64,000 nt of DNA from positions 102,011,092 through 102,075,091 of the forward strand of contig NC_068987.1 in the NCBI RefSeq assembly GCF_001194135.2, read 5' to 3'. The notes beneath the pieces are model-generated. The model searched no databases, had not been told where the DNA came from, and was given only the letters and a program-made list of their open reading frames with translations. Shown here in pieces: positions 1 to 12,605 of this stretch. Positions within the stretch are counted from its first letter, which is position 1. Every line of letters begins with the position of its first letter. A program made the position numbers and the translations under genes. The DNA is from Octopus bimaculoides. Taxonomy: Eukaryota.

Positions 1-135
1 GAAAAATATATGTTCACGAAGTATTTTGTGTTATACACAACTTATACAAAATTTTAAAACAAAATAGGTCTTTTAAGAGGTGAAAAATGCAACTTACATG
101 GGAGCCGATGTGTCTACCGTCCGTCCATGATGATC

Positions 136-210
<75 letters not shown>

Positions 211-218
211 CAGACAGG

Positions 219-282
<64 letters not shown>
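136..282. repeat. (GATA)n tetranucleotide microsatellite
   Basis: Direct read of a long, near-perfect GATA array. Confidence 0.97.
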
Positions 283-284
<2 letters not shown>

Positions 285-632
285 TGGAGAGAGTGTGGAT
301 ATAATGCGACCACTACTGATGGAACGCCGAATGCACTCAGTGTCCATGTGGAACAAAGAGATGGTGTACCGCTAGCAAGATTTCCTTACTTCATTAAGAT
401 GCTATTCATTAACGTTTCTAATATTCACGTACAACTAAATAAAATCTTTAGTTTCAAGTTCCAAATTCTTTTATTTATACCAATTCCAAATCTAAATATA
501 GCTTAATGGCTTTCGTAGAGAAGCACGTAAGGGACAATATGGCGGCTACAAGCATCGTAAACAACTATAAACTACTGCCGCTACTTCTATTTTTACTAAG
601 CTAATGCTACACCTATCAATGTTATTAATGAA

Positions 633-670
633 ATAATAATAATAATGATAATAATGATGATGATGATGAT

Positions 671-729
<59 letters not shown>

Positions 730-733
730 TAAT

Positions 734-770
<37 letters not shown>
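633..770. repeat. Compound (AAT)n/(GAT)n microsatellite
   Basis: Direct read; source of the poly-Y/poly-H ORF 546..971. Confidence 0.95.
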
Positions 771-779
771 GAGAGCCAT

Positions 780-1005
780 GACTAATAGAATTAACACGAA
801 CACCGGCGTGAATGAGGACAGTACTACAGACGAAAAACGTTCGCTCGGCATGTGACCTGTTGGGGAGCAGCACATTATACGACTTAAAAAATAAATGGCC
901 GGAAAGGGACCCTGTGAGACCTCTGGCAGCAGGTTGCTGTCCTTTCTCACAGAATCAACCAAAGCGAACAAGACAGAGCGCTCTCAGAAGTAAGAGGATA
1001 ATAAC
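780..1005 (+). mobile_element. Possible 3' end of an RLE-type non-LTR element
   Basis: Translation TVLQTKNVRSACDLLGS weakly resembles the LQK..LLGTA.ILRK C-terminus of the two elements at 1.4-3.4 kb; bounded by (AAT)n on both sides. Weak. Confidence 0.25.
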
Positions 1006-1009
1006 AATA

Positions 1010-1215
1010 ATAATCCTTAATACTAAAGGCACAAGGTTTGAAATTTGGTGGGATGAGACAAGTCGATTAAAACAACCCCACCTCAATGTTTCACAGTGAC
1101 TTAATTTATCAACCCTTAAAGAATGACTTCGGCGGAATTTGAACTTAGAACGTAAAAGCGGACAAGATGCCGCTAAGCGTATATCCCGGCATGTACCGAC
1201 TCTGTCAGCTCGCTG
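1010..1215 (-). mobile_element. SINE family A copy (tRNA-like head)
   Basis: Reverse complement matches the copy at 24455-24669 (GTTCTAAGTTCAAATTCCGCCGAAGTC; tail CTTGTGCCTTTAGT). Confidence 0.75.
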
Positions 1216-1236
1216 TTTTAATAATGATGATGATGG

Positions 1237-1287
<51 letters not shown>

Positions 1288-1307
1288 CGATGGTGCTGCT
1301 GATGATG

Positions 1308-1376
<69 letters not shown>

Positions 1377-1395
1377 TCGTTGTTGTTGTTGTTGT
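1216..1395. repeat. Compound (GAT)n-(AAT)n-(TTG)n microsatellite
   Basis: Direct read; lies at the 3' end of the element at 1396-2080. Confidence 0.95.
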
Positions 1396-2080
1396 GATAG
1401 GCGTCACACAGTATACAATATCGTGAGGTTGTTGATTGAAGATATTGTATCTAGCGGGGTTGTGTGCTGTTTGTCAAGTCACAAGGACCTGAGACAGACA
1501 GTACTTTACGCAATATGTGTGCAGTTCCAAGTAATGCCGACTTTTGTAATGCATCTTGATTGTAGTGTGCCTCTAAGGTTTTCAGATGTTTTTTTCAGAT
1601 TGAACACAATGCTCCGATGACAGTAGAGATAACCTTTATGTTCGACTCTCATAGCTGCTACATCTTAGCGATCTCAGTTCTCAGATCTCCATATTTATCA
1701 ACTTTTTCTCTTTCTTTCATGATGATATGCTGATCTCCTGGCACTATTACGTCGATTATTAGGCACTCTTGTTTGTCCCTCCTAAAGGCTACTATATCAC
1801 GCCTTCGGTGCTCTAACACTTTGTCTGTCTGGAAATCAAAGTCCCAGATGACTTTTGCCATCCCCTATTCGTCCATTTCCTTTTCCGTTGTATGTTGGTA
1901 CCAAGCGCCCGAAACCTCATATCCATACTTACGGCGTAGTAGCCAGTGGATGTTTTGAGCTACTTTGACGTGCAAGACTTTCACAAGCACTAACAATGTG
2001 AGTCACACTTTCGATCTTCTTCCCACACATTCTGTAGAGGTCCGATGCACTTGAGTAGTACATATTCTCTTTCGCTGAGT
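1396..2080 (-). mobile_element. R4/Dong-like non-LTR retrotransposon 3' fragment (zinc knuckle + restriction-like endonuclease), inactivated
   Basis: Minus-strand translation: YRMCGKKIESVTHIVSACESLA (CCHC knuckle, first C to Y), WDFDFQTDKVLEHRRRDIV...IIDVIVPGD...KEREKVDKYGDL (RLE PD-(D/E)xK region) and LQKSALLGTAHILRKVL. Contains stops and a frameshift. Confidence 0.87.
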
Positions 2081-2179
2081 TATTATTGTTATTATTGGTG
2101 TTGTTGTTGTTGTTGTTGTTGTAATTCTTCTTCTTCTTCTTCTTCTTCTTCGTCTTTTTCTTCTTCTTCTTCTTCTTCT

Positions 2180-2226
<47 letters not shown>

Positions 2227-2262
2227 TTCTTCTTCTGCTTCTTCTTATTCTTATTTATTTAT
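2081..2262. repeat. Compound (TTA)/(TTG)n/(TTC)n microsatellite between two RLE elements
   Basis: Direct read. Confidence 0.95.
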
Positions 2263-3395
2263 TTATTCATTTACTGCTTTTGCACAGCTTCTAACGCTGG
2301 AGATGTACTACAGTGTCAGCTGTTCACTACCAGTGAACTAAGGTAACACGTCTTACTTTTCGAACACCTTCCGGAGTATTCGAGCGGTTCCAAGCAGTGT
2401 TGTTTTCTGCAACTGCTCCACCCTTATTGCAGCCCGTATGTGTTCCATGTGTTTCTTAAGATTTTTACTCCATGTCCCCAGGGCTCCGAAAATTATTGAT
2501 ACTAATACCACCCTTTTTCTCGACCACAGCTGCTTTACCTCCCAAGCTAACCTGTCATATCTTTCGACTTTTCTTTCTTCCTTATCGCATACCTTGTTGT
2601 CAGCTAGGCATACTCTATCGATGATCCAGCATCATTTGCTTTCTTTCTTAATTAGCACCATGTCTAGTTTCCTATTCTCTATCTCATGGTCGCACTGAAT
2701 CATAAATTCTCATAGGACCTTTGCATTATCATTTTCGATTATGACTTTGGAATTACGTTCGTACCACATTGTCAAGTCCATACTTGTTGCAAAGTGTCCA
2801 ATGGGCAATCCTTGCTATATTGTCATGACGTCTGCTACATTCTTTCTGGGTTAGTTGCGTACATTGAATGGTAATATGCCATGCAATTCCACCATTTTGT
2901 CCACAAGTTCTGCACTTATCACTTTCTGATGTGTTGTCTATTCTGTATTTGATGAAATTCGTTCTTAGTGCTTGCTCTTGGGCTGCTCAGATTAGACACA
3001 TTTCCGGATTCCGGTTTTAAATCCCTTTTGGTCATCCATAGAAATTTTTTTTTCTCTGTCTGTCTTATCTTCAACATCCTTATGAAATTGTCCATGCATT
3101 CTTTTCTTTATCCACCTATTTTCAGTTTCATTCATTCTCAAGTGCTTGTACAGTGTTTTATCTTTGCAATCTTCCATCCTACACAAGCCTGACCTTCTTA
3201 GTTCCAATAATAGTGGCTCTGTGGCATTTTTACATACCATGCTATGCTCCTTTCCTCTGCTCTAATGCTGTGTTCGCATCCAATCAGTCTCCTTTCCCCT
3301 CTTTTTTCTTGGTACATAGAGTATATCTGTCACGTTTTTAGTGGAGTATCCCATAACTAGTCAGTAACTTGCTCATCTTTCTCTCTAAGCTTTTT
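2263..3395 (-). mobile_element. Second R4/Dong-like non-LTR retrotransposon 3' fragment with 3' UTR
   Basis: Minus strand: WYVKNATEPLL, WIKKRMHGQFH, intact C-x2-C-x8-H-x4-C (CRTCGQNGGIAWHITIQC), RRHDNIARIAHW and LQKTTLLGTARILRKVFEK*, then a ~80-bp UTR and an AATA/GAA tail. Frameshifted; 5' end truncated at (TA)n. Confidence 0.9.
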
Positions 3396-4460
3396 ACTTC
3401 GTCTATTATATATATATATATATATAATTATTAATTTAATATATAAATTACCCAGAAATTTTAATTTTATGCTGACTACCTGATTTTATTCTTCTATTAC
3501 ATACATATATATATATGGGAGAATTTACAAAAAAAAACCAGCAGACGAAGACAGCTGGTGTAAACAACAAATGGGTACATGAGTGTATGGGTGCTGTTAA
3601 TTATCGATATTTGTCAGACTATTTTCAAATTAATTAGGAAACTCTTCACATTTTTTTTTTTTTTAATGTCATTAAATTTCCGTCTGAAATACTTCTTCCA
3701 GTATAATTCGCTTCCATTTTCCTTTCAACCTCTGTTTAAATTGACCATTAGTTTGATTATCCGCCAGATAATGTCAGTTGGTAATAAAACAATTCACTTC
3801 AAATACATATGATTGATGTCATTGGAGCGAAGAGTACTTTAGGCTCTCCTTCAATGAATTGAATATATGGATATAGTATATATATGCAATGATTGTATAT
3901 TGTTTATTTCGATTAAAATTGTGTAAGGCTTTATACGCGTGTGTATATGCACTCCCCATACACAGACAGATACACACACACACATTTCATACTACATACA
4001 TTATGATTTTATTTCCAAAACATCGGAAGCGATACATCTGGACAACTCAGGGAAAATAACCAATATTATCGCTAATGGTATTATTTTCAATGTTGTGTAT
4101 TAGTCAGCCGTTACAGCGTCAAGCAAGTAATCCACTAGTGTTTCACACGGTGATTTACTTTTTGCATTCAATTCTCGTCGAGATCGATATTGACTTTTAT
4201 GGTTACTAAGTCGAGGAAATAATTATCAGTGAAATACTTGTATTCTTTTAAACAGTCATGCCCTCCCAAGAAAGTTAAGACGTGCTTTTTTTACGAAGTC
4301 AGCAGCTATAGTAGTACTCTTGTGTCTTTCTTCATCACAACATATGAACGTGAAAGGAAGGAGTGATAGATGAATAAGGAAGGAAGGGGTAAAAATAAAT
4401 GAAAGAGCCTTTGAACTCAGTGTGAGTATATGTGTGTGTATGTAAAAGGGAGGTATGTGA

Positions 4461-4496
<36 letters not shown>

Positions 4497-4534
4497 AANN
4501 NNNNNNNNTGTGTATGTAAAAGGGAGGTATGTGA

Positions 4535-4582
<48 letters not shown>

Positions 4583-4731
4583 AATGGAAATAGGATGGTA
4601 ACTTTCAACGATGAAAAAGAATCAAACAGCGTTTCAACTCTGTGTGAGTATATGTGTGTATTTGTGTGTTTGTACAAAGGAAGTAGGTGAACGTATGTGA
4701 ACATTGACAAGTGTATTAATTTGATTTACCA

Positions 4732-4793
4732 TCTATATTTATATACAAAATATTACAATTAGCCGTCACTTGTGGCGACACGGGGCCAGCTAG
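4732..4793 (+). mobile_element. Putative minimal non-autonomous Helitron (62 bp)
   Basis: A|TCTATAT 5' end, GC-rich imperfect hairpin CCGTCAC-TTGTG-GCGACACGG, and CTAG|T 3' end at an A-T junction. Confidence 0.42.
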
Positions 4794-5409
4794 TTACTAA
4801 TAGTTACGAAATCAGGTAACAATTTGGCACAATTGTTAGCACAGCGGGCAGAAATTCTAATCTGTACGTGCCGAGCAATGCAACACGTCCAGTGCTCGAT
4901 CACTACTGAATCGTGGATTTATTTGGACCACCTGCCGTCACGCGTAGTACGAGTTCGGCTATGGGCTGAGTCCACTGTAAAAATCGTCCCGTCCCCTTCC
5001 TTTCGCCGAGAATAGTAAAGTGTTTATCTGCCTAGCTACCTTAACGAAAGAGCTTATGTATTTTCATCAGACCTCATCAACTGTTTCAAGTTTAACTTGA
5101 AAAGGAAAATGACGATAGAGAGGAAATTGTTCTTTTGCAGTAAATTTGTTGAAAAGTGGCTTAATGCGGCAAGGGTGGTCCGAGTAAATGGGCCTACTTT
5201 AAGCATTGTCTTCTAGATTAAAAGAAAACGATTAGGAGAGGTTACTTGCCCCAATGTCTGGGCGATCAAGGTGTAGGGTTTCCACGGGCAGCCCTATGAA
5301 GTATCATTCTTTTAGGAAATTATTATTAAAGTGTATTTCATTTGTATTCGCTCCTTTAAGTAACCCCACATTGAATTGTAACGTTCCCAATGTTTACGTG
5401 AGCCATTAG

Positions 5410-5530
5410 TGGTTAAGGTAGAAAACATTATCAGTTTCGGACATCTTGAACAAGTTTAGCGGTAATCTTCCTGCCCTTTACATTCTGGGTTCAAATTCCG
5501 CAGTGGTCGACATTGCATTTCATCATTTAG
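5410..5530 (+). mobile_element. SINE family A, degenerate 5' part
   Basis: CTGGGTTCAAATTCCGCAGTGGTCGACATTGCATTTCATC matches the family A head/body. Confidence 0.55.
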
Positions 5531-5701
5531 TCTCTTGGTTTCTATTGTTTATTCTACGTTACATCTCTAGGTTATTCATTAATCCTAATATTATCGTAAG
5601 AGCTTTGAGATGTAAGAACTGTTCACTAAGCTTTGCCAGCCAGGGATAATCTAATTAAAACTCACAGCTTAATATTCACTCCATTTAATTAAGACTTTGT
5701 G

Positions 5702-5910
5702 TAGGCAGAATCATTATCGCGCCGAAAGAAATGCTTAGCAACGTTTCTTTCAAATTTCTGTTCAGAGTTCAAATACTACCAGGGTCGACTTTACCTTTTA
5801 TCCTTTCGGGGTCGATAAAATAGTTACCAGTTGAACACTGGGTACGATGTAATTGACTTACCTCCTCTCACCAAAATTGCTAGTCTTGTGCCAAAATCAG
5901 AAAACAATAA
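5702..5910 (+). mobile_element. SINE family A copy
   Basis: GGCAGAATC...GAGTTCAAAT...GTCGACTTTACCTTTTATCCTTTCGGGGTCGATAAAATAG...CTTGTGCCAAAA. Confidence 0.8.
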
Positions 5911-6511
5911 TTACTCCACATATTTAACAGTTATTTATTTTGTTCTTAATCACTTCATATTTTTGATGGAACTCTACTCCGTAACTGAATGTTACAGTAT
6001 TCGTGTTTCTGTACAAAGCTTTAGCTCATAGCTCTTTTTCAAATGTTCCTCTGACGCAACTATGCTTTCATCCTTACCTTTTCTTTTTTTTCATTTGTAT
6101 GTACTATATACCATTCAGTTAATTAGCATGTGACTGCTCTAATTCTCTTATCTCCATTTCTTTATCTAACTTAGCATTAGTATTTCTAATTAAGTTTTCT
6201 CTGAAGGTTGACATCGCTATTTCTCTAACCCGAATTTAATACCTATTCCACATTTAATTAAAATTGTTTTCTTATAATTGTTTACTTTGTTTGTATCTGC
6301 AAAATCGTTTGGCATTTATTTCTTACATATTTGAGATACCTGTTTATTATTAGTGACACCTTGCTTGTGGTTAAATTTCCTGTGTAACGAAACATCATGT
6401 AAACAACCATGTAAATCTCATACTTGATTTACTTTTATTTATGTCATGCTCAAAATATCTTCCCTCAGTCAATTTTCCTTGACGGGTTTTATTTTTCTCT
6501 TATAACTTTTA

Positions 6512-6790
6512 ATTGTTTCAGTCATTAAACCGTGGCCATGCACTCTGAGGAATCTTTAGTCGAACGATTCGACCAAAGTAAATATTTCTTTTCAAGCGTG
6601 GTACTAATTTTAGTAGCCTCGTTTGCCGAATCGCTAATTTATAGGGACGTAAACAAACTATCACCGGTAGATTAGCGGTGGTAGGGGACAAACACTGACA
6701 CACACGTATATAGGTATATGTGCGTGTGTGTATACATGCACACACATATTCATTTATAAGTATACATATATATAGAACATATATATATAT
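6512..6790 (-). mobile_element. SINE family B 3' half plus its internal microsatellite
   Basis: Matches 29100-29320 and the reverse complement of 55750-56150 (TTTCAGTCATT...GGCCATGC...TAGTCGAAC...GCCGAATCGCTAA...GGGACAAAC). Confidence 0.7.
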
Positions 6791-6814
6791 ATAATAAAAT
6801 ATAAAATAAATGTG

Positions 6815-7058
6815 CCTTTTTAAAGCCTAGCCAGGCTCATGGGCCTGGTTTCCCTGTTTTAATGGCGTATGTGTTCCCCCCCCCCCAGCTGGACGGGACG
6901 CCAGTCCATCGCAACGTTACTCATTTTTGCCAGCTGAGTGGACTGGAGCAAAGTGAATTGTTTTGCTCAAGAACACAACGCGTCGCTCGGTTCAAGAATC
7001 GAAACCACAATCTTGCGATCATGATGCTGACACCTTAACCACTAACCCACGCGCATTC
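6815..7058 (-). mobile_element. SINE family C (tRNA head with A/B boxes, CORE-like body)
   Basis: Minus strand: TGGGTTAGTGG A box, GTTTCGATTCT B box, then TTGTGTTCTTGAGCAA...TTGCTCCAGTCCACTCAGCTGGCAAAAATG shared with 10245-10581. Confidence 0.85.
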
Positions 7059-7068
7059 CCCCCACCCC

Positions 7069-7177
<109 letters not shown>

Positions 7178-7749
7178 TCTTACAAATATACTTATAGATA
7201 GGCACATGCATATGTGTGGGGGTGGGGTGGGGGTGTAACATTTAATATACAAATGTACACTTATTAAAGTAAGAGCTATCAATAGATTCTTGCGATTGAA
7301 ACACGTGGTTAGACAGATTTTTATAACACGCATTGTGTCTACAAACGATCCCCAGGCTCTAAGCAAAGTAGTTTGTTTCTATTTCACTGGTACAAACACT
7401 GTTTTCCCTCTGTTACGCATATATTGCATCTTTTGATCAATTTGCATATGGCATAGATTTTTCCATTTCATTGTATGTGGTATGCAGTTGATCTTCAAAC
7501 ACCATACGTTATCAGATCTATGCCGTATGTAAATGGATCTTAGTGATGAAACTTATGCATCCATGTGAAAGTTTGCGTAGGTTGGTGATAGTTTGCACAT
7601 TCCTTTTAAATCTAAGTATTCCGTCAAACTGTTTAATTGCAGATCAGAAATTTTCGCCTAATGGAGGCATCTGAACAAATTTCTTTTCATGAAATGGAAG
7701 ACACCCCTCTCTCCTGACTGAGCAGCTGTGTCGCAAACTTAGCACTACT

Positions 7750-8097
7750 TTTATGACTTATGATTTCTAATTTATAATTTATGATTTCTAATTTATGATT
7801 TATGATTTCTAATTTATGATTTATGATTTTTTATTTATGATTTATGATTTCTAATTTATGATTTATGATTTCTAATTTATGATTTATGNNNNNNNNNNNN
7901 NNNNNNNNNNNNNNNNNNNNNNNNNNNNNNNNNNNNNNNNNNNNNNNNNNNNNNNNNNNNNNNNNNNNNNNNNNNNNNNNNNNNNNNNNNNNNNNNNNNN
8001 NNNNNNNNNNNNNNNNNNNNNNNNNNNNNNNNNNNNNNNNAATTTATGATTTCTAATTTATGATTTATGATTTCTAATTTATGATTTATGATTTCTA
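7750..8097. repeat. TTTATGA/TTTCTAA 7-mer-based minisatellite spanning a gap
   Basis: Direct read on both sides of the N-run. Confidence 0.9.
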
Positions 8098-9976
8098 CGG
8101 TAAGTCTATTTTCTGTCTTTTCTTTGCATTCTCTTTTCCGTTTTTCGTCTTCTTATTCCACTTTTGCATCAGTTTTCTCGTTTTATTTTGTCGCGGTTTC
8201 TCATGTACCAGCGTCTTGTGTGTGTGTGTGTATGTGTATTAATGTGAATGTGAGTATGTGTGTGTGTGTGTGTATGTGTGTGTGTGTGTGTGCGTGTGTG
8301 TGTGTGTGTGTGTGATGTGTGTGTGTACTGCAGACTTCTTTGTGGTTCTTTGTGGTTCTATGTTGTGTGCTAAATACTTCAAACATAAGGTTGGCATTTT
8401 GTCATTACCTCGTGTCTTAAACCTGTTTTTTTTTTCTTTTTTAGCATCTTGGCAACATTCTAATGCTACCACCTACACGTATCCTTCCTACTGTCACCAC
8501 AACCACCATAGCCCCGACAACCACCACTGCAACCCCACCACTACTACCACTACCATCCCAACTGCATCTATCACTACCATCGAAACTCCCACTGCCAGAC
8601 CAACCACTTCATCTCCCACAGCCACAACCACCTACACCGCAGGCACTATCACCACCACTACCAACGCCGCCACAACTTCCGTCAACCTTGTCACCAACAC
8701 AGCCGCCACCGCCGTCGCCAAATCCACCTCCATCACCACCGGGCTGGTACCATCAAATAATCGTGTGAGTAGCCGCAAAAACAGAGATGCTGAATCTCCT
8801 TCAGAACACACTATAACGTTCTAGAAAAAGAGAGATTTGTTAATGTGATCCTACTTTCCTTGTACACAGAAATAAAAAAGGACGGTCACCTTTGGAACGC
8901 ATCTGATCACAAGTGCGCTTTATTACGTTTAACATGACGTTAAACACCAACAAAACACATCTGTCTACACCGCCGTACCGCCCATACAATTTACAAGTTG
9001 CTACCATCATCATTAGCACTACCACCGCCAACAGCATGGTTATGCTATCTTTAATGCCCTGATCGCCATCGCTACAAAATATTTCCACAGCTATGACTGT
9101 TATCAGTTCTCCTATTTGCGTCAAAGTCGCTTACATGACCACCAGCACCATGTCTTTCATTGAAGTTACAACCAACGGCGCCAGAGACAGCTCCATTCTT
9201 CACGCACTATCGTCATCGTCATCAGCATCACCACCACCACCACCACCACCACCACCACCACCNNNNNNNNNNNNNNNNNNNNNNNNNNNNNNNNNNNNNN
9301 NNNNNNNNNNNNNNNNNNNNNNNNNNNNNNNNNNNNNNNNNNNNNNNNNNNNNNNNNNNNNNNNNNNNNNNNNNNNNNNNNNNNNNNNNNNNNNNNNNNN
9401 NNNNNNNNNNNNNNNNNNNNNNNNNNNNNNNNNNNNNNNNNNNNNNNNNNNNNNNNNNNNNNNNNNNNNNNNNNNNNNNNNNNNNNNNNNNNNNNNNNNN
9501 NNNNNNNNNNNNNNNNNNNNNNNNNNNNNNNNNNNNNNNNNNNNNNNNNNNNNNNNNNNNNNNNNNNNNNNNNNNNNNNNNNNNNNNNNNNNNNNNNNNN
9601 NNNNNNNNNNNNNNNNNNNNNNNNNNNNNNNNNNNNNNNNNNNNNNNNNNNNNNNNNNNNNNNNNNNNNNNNNNNNNNNNNNNNNNNNNNNNNNNNNNNN
9701 NNNNNNNNNNNNNNNNNNNNNNNNNNNNNNNNNNNNNNNNNNNNNNNNNNNNNNNNNNNNNNNNNNNNNNNNNNNNNNNNNNNNNNNNNNNNNNNNNNNN
9801 NNNNNNNNNNNNNNNNNNNNNNNNNNNNNNNNNNNNNNNNNNNNNNNNNNNNNNNNNNNNNNNNNNNNNNNNNNNNNNNNNNNNNNNNNGCATATATTGT
9901 TTATATAATAAATTACGCTGTGCGTATCTATGTGTGTAACAATTTTAGAGTTCGGATTCTAGAGTTAGGATTAGTT

Positions 9977-10006
9977 TTAGGGTTAGGGTAAGGGTTAGGG
10001 TTAGGG
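9977..10006 (+). repeat. Short interstitial telomere-like (TTAGGG)5
   Basis: TTAGGG TTAGGG TAAGGG TTAGGG TTAGGG. Confidence 0.9.
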
Positions 10007-10244
10007 TTGAAATGTCAGAACTAACGGGGATTAATACGATATACACCGTTACAGCGCTAACTGCTTTCAACTGAATAGACGTCAGTGATTAGTAGAAATT
10101 ATCGAAATAAGACAATTTTTTACATGAAATAAATTCGAATACAATTTTTTTTTTCTGTTCTATAACACAAAATAGATAAGTATACGAAGTTTGAAAGTCT
10201 TTCGGTACCAAAAACACTACTTAAAACATAAATGAAAACTGGTG

Positions 10245-10581
10245 CCCCCGTTTTGAAATAGATTCCCGTCGGTTACTACGACGAGGGTCCCAGCTGATAC
10301 GATCAATGGAACAGCCTATTCATGAAATCAATGTGCAAAGTGACTGAACAATCCACAGACACGTGGACTCCTAATGTAGTTCTCAGGGAGATTCAGCGTG
10401 ACACAAAGTGTGACAAGGCTGGTCCTTTGAAATACAGGTACTACGCATTTTTGCCAGCTGAGTGGACTGGAGCAACGTGAAATAAAGAGTCTTGCTTAAG
10501 GACACAGCGCGTCGCCGGGAATTGAACTCACGACCTTACGATCGTGAGCCGAATACCCTAACCACTAAGCCACGCACCTTC
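10245..10581 (-). mobile_element. SINE family C, alternative long-tail subfamily
   Basis: Minus strand: TGGCTTAGTGG A box and GAGTTCAATTCC B box; core shared with 6815-7058 up to CATTTTTGCCAGCTGAG, then an unrelated ~200-bp tail. Confidence 0.85.
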
Positions 10582-11295
10582 ACAACAACAGCAACAATAG
10601 CAACACCAACACCACGACCAACACGACTGCCGGCTCCGCCGCCGCTATCTCCATTACCATCATCGTTTCTCCACCATTTATATTATACTTTATTCTTATT
10701 CTTAGAATGTAATGCTAAACCTAACACGAGCTATGAAACTGGAGACACTCAACTGATGTTGGCGCTTGACTCGAGGTCGTTCAGTACGATTTGCTCTTGT
10801 ATTTCAAACAATCACAGCAATAACGACAACAACAACGACAAGAAGGAAATTCTAAAACAAACACGAAAAGAAGAAAACGCAGAAGGAGGTGAAAGAGGAT
10901 GAAGTGAAAGCGGAAGAGGCGAAAGAGGACAAGGAGGAGGAAGAGGACGAAGAGGGGAGAGAGAGGAGAGAGGGGAGAGAGAGGAGAGAGGGGAGAGAGA
11001 GGAGAGGGGGGAGAGGGAGGAGAGAGGGGAGAGAGAGGAGAGAGGGGAGAGAGAGGAGGAAGAAGAGAAAGTTGAGGAGGTGGAGGAGATGGAAGATGTG
11101 AAAGAAAGATAGAAGGAGAAGAAGAACAACAACAATAACAAAATCAACATCATCCTATAATGGAATCCAGAGCCAAAAACGGGGTTCATCGAACCAGGAA
11201 AGGGTTTCTGTAATTGACTGTTCAAGCTGCTCGAAGTTGCAGGGGAATCTCCGAAAATCACACCCTGTAAATATAAAAAAACAAAAACTATTAGA

Positions 11296-11371
<76 letters not shown>

Positions 11372-12379
11372 CGGTGAATATGTAAAGATAGATAATGCCT
11401 AGAAGAAAAGGCAAGTTAATCCTGATTGGAATGTCTTTGATTATAAAACTGCTTAGCTTGGTCATACCCAGGGTTATACAACAACAAAAACCGAAACGTC
11501 AAAACCAACCCCACAACAAAAACATCATCAGCTACTGAAAACAGCCAATAAGAATTTAAAAGAAAAGTAAAAAAAAATTTAATGGGAAACTATGACATTG
11601 AAAAGAAAAGGAATCTTAACAAAGGAAATTCGGAAGCAAAATGGAATCAAGACTATAAAGTCATATACAAGTATAGCAATGACAATAACAGAACCAAGCG
11701 GAAAAAGCATAACAGCAAGAACAACGGATAACAGAATAGTGACTATACAACAACAGGTAGAACAAAAGGAAAACATATTACTAACAACAGCAGCTAAAAC
11801 AGAGACAACAACAAGGAAATGAGTAACAGTGAGAACAAAAATTAACAAAAATTCGAATAAATAAATAAATAAATAAATAAAAGGGCTAAAAGCTATATGA
11901 AATAAATATAAAAAAAAAACATTCCGAAGATGAGGAAAATATTCACAGAAATATAAAAGCTAAGAGAGCAAAATTCATTGGCAACAACGATCGTAATAGC
12001 AACGGAAAGGAACATTCTTCAGTACGTCGTATCAGCATCAAGAAGAATGTAAACAATCTGACAACAACAACAACATCAACAACAACTGCAACAACGACAG
12101 CAACAACAATAACAATAATATTTATAACATCAGTATTAACAATGACAACGAACAACAACAACAACAACAGCAATAGACTTAGTCATAATGTAAAGACGGT
12201 TAATCTTTATAATATTCTTCGACTCGAATTTCGTGGCATTCAAACAAGCTTTAAAGGATATTCTTGATTACCATTCTTTTTTCAAATGTACTTCTTCTTT
12301 TATATTTTGTCTTCCTTTATATATATATATATATTTTTCTTATTTATTCGTTTCTCTTCACCTTACTCTTCATGTCATT

Positions 12380-12418
<39 letters not shown>

Positions 12419-12538
12419 ATTGTAGTTGTTCTCATTGTTTCTGCTCACGAATTCTGTTCTTCTCTATTTTCATTCTTAATCATAATTTTCTTCGTCTTTC
12501 TTTTCTGTCACCTTTTGCTGCCGCTGTTGTTGCCGTTT

Positions 12539-12605
<67 letters not shown>

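Noticed and set aside
8258-8824. Thr-rich mucin-like ORF after a strong acceptor at ~8443
   Set aside because: Decayed ACC/ACT repeat like those at 9.2, 10.6 and 38.1 kb; no other exons or homology. Not excluded without RNA-seq.
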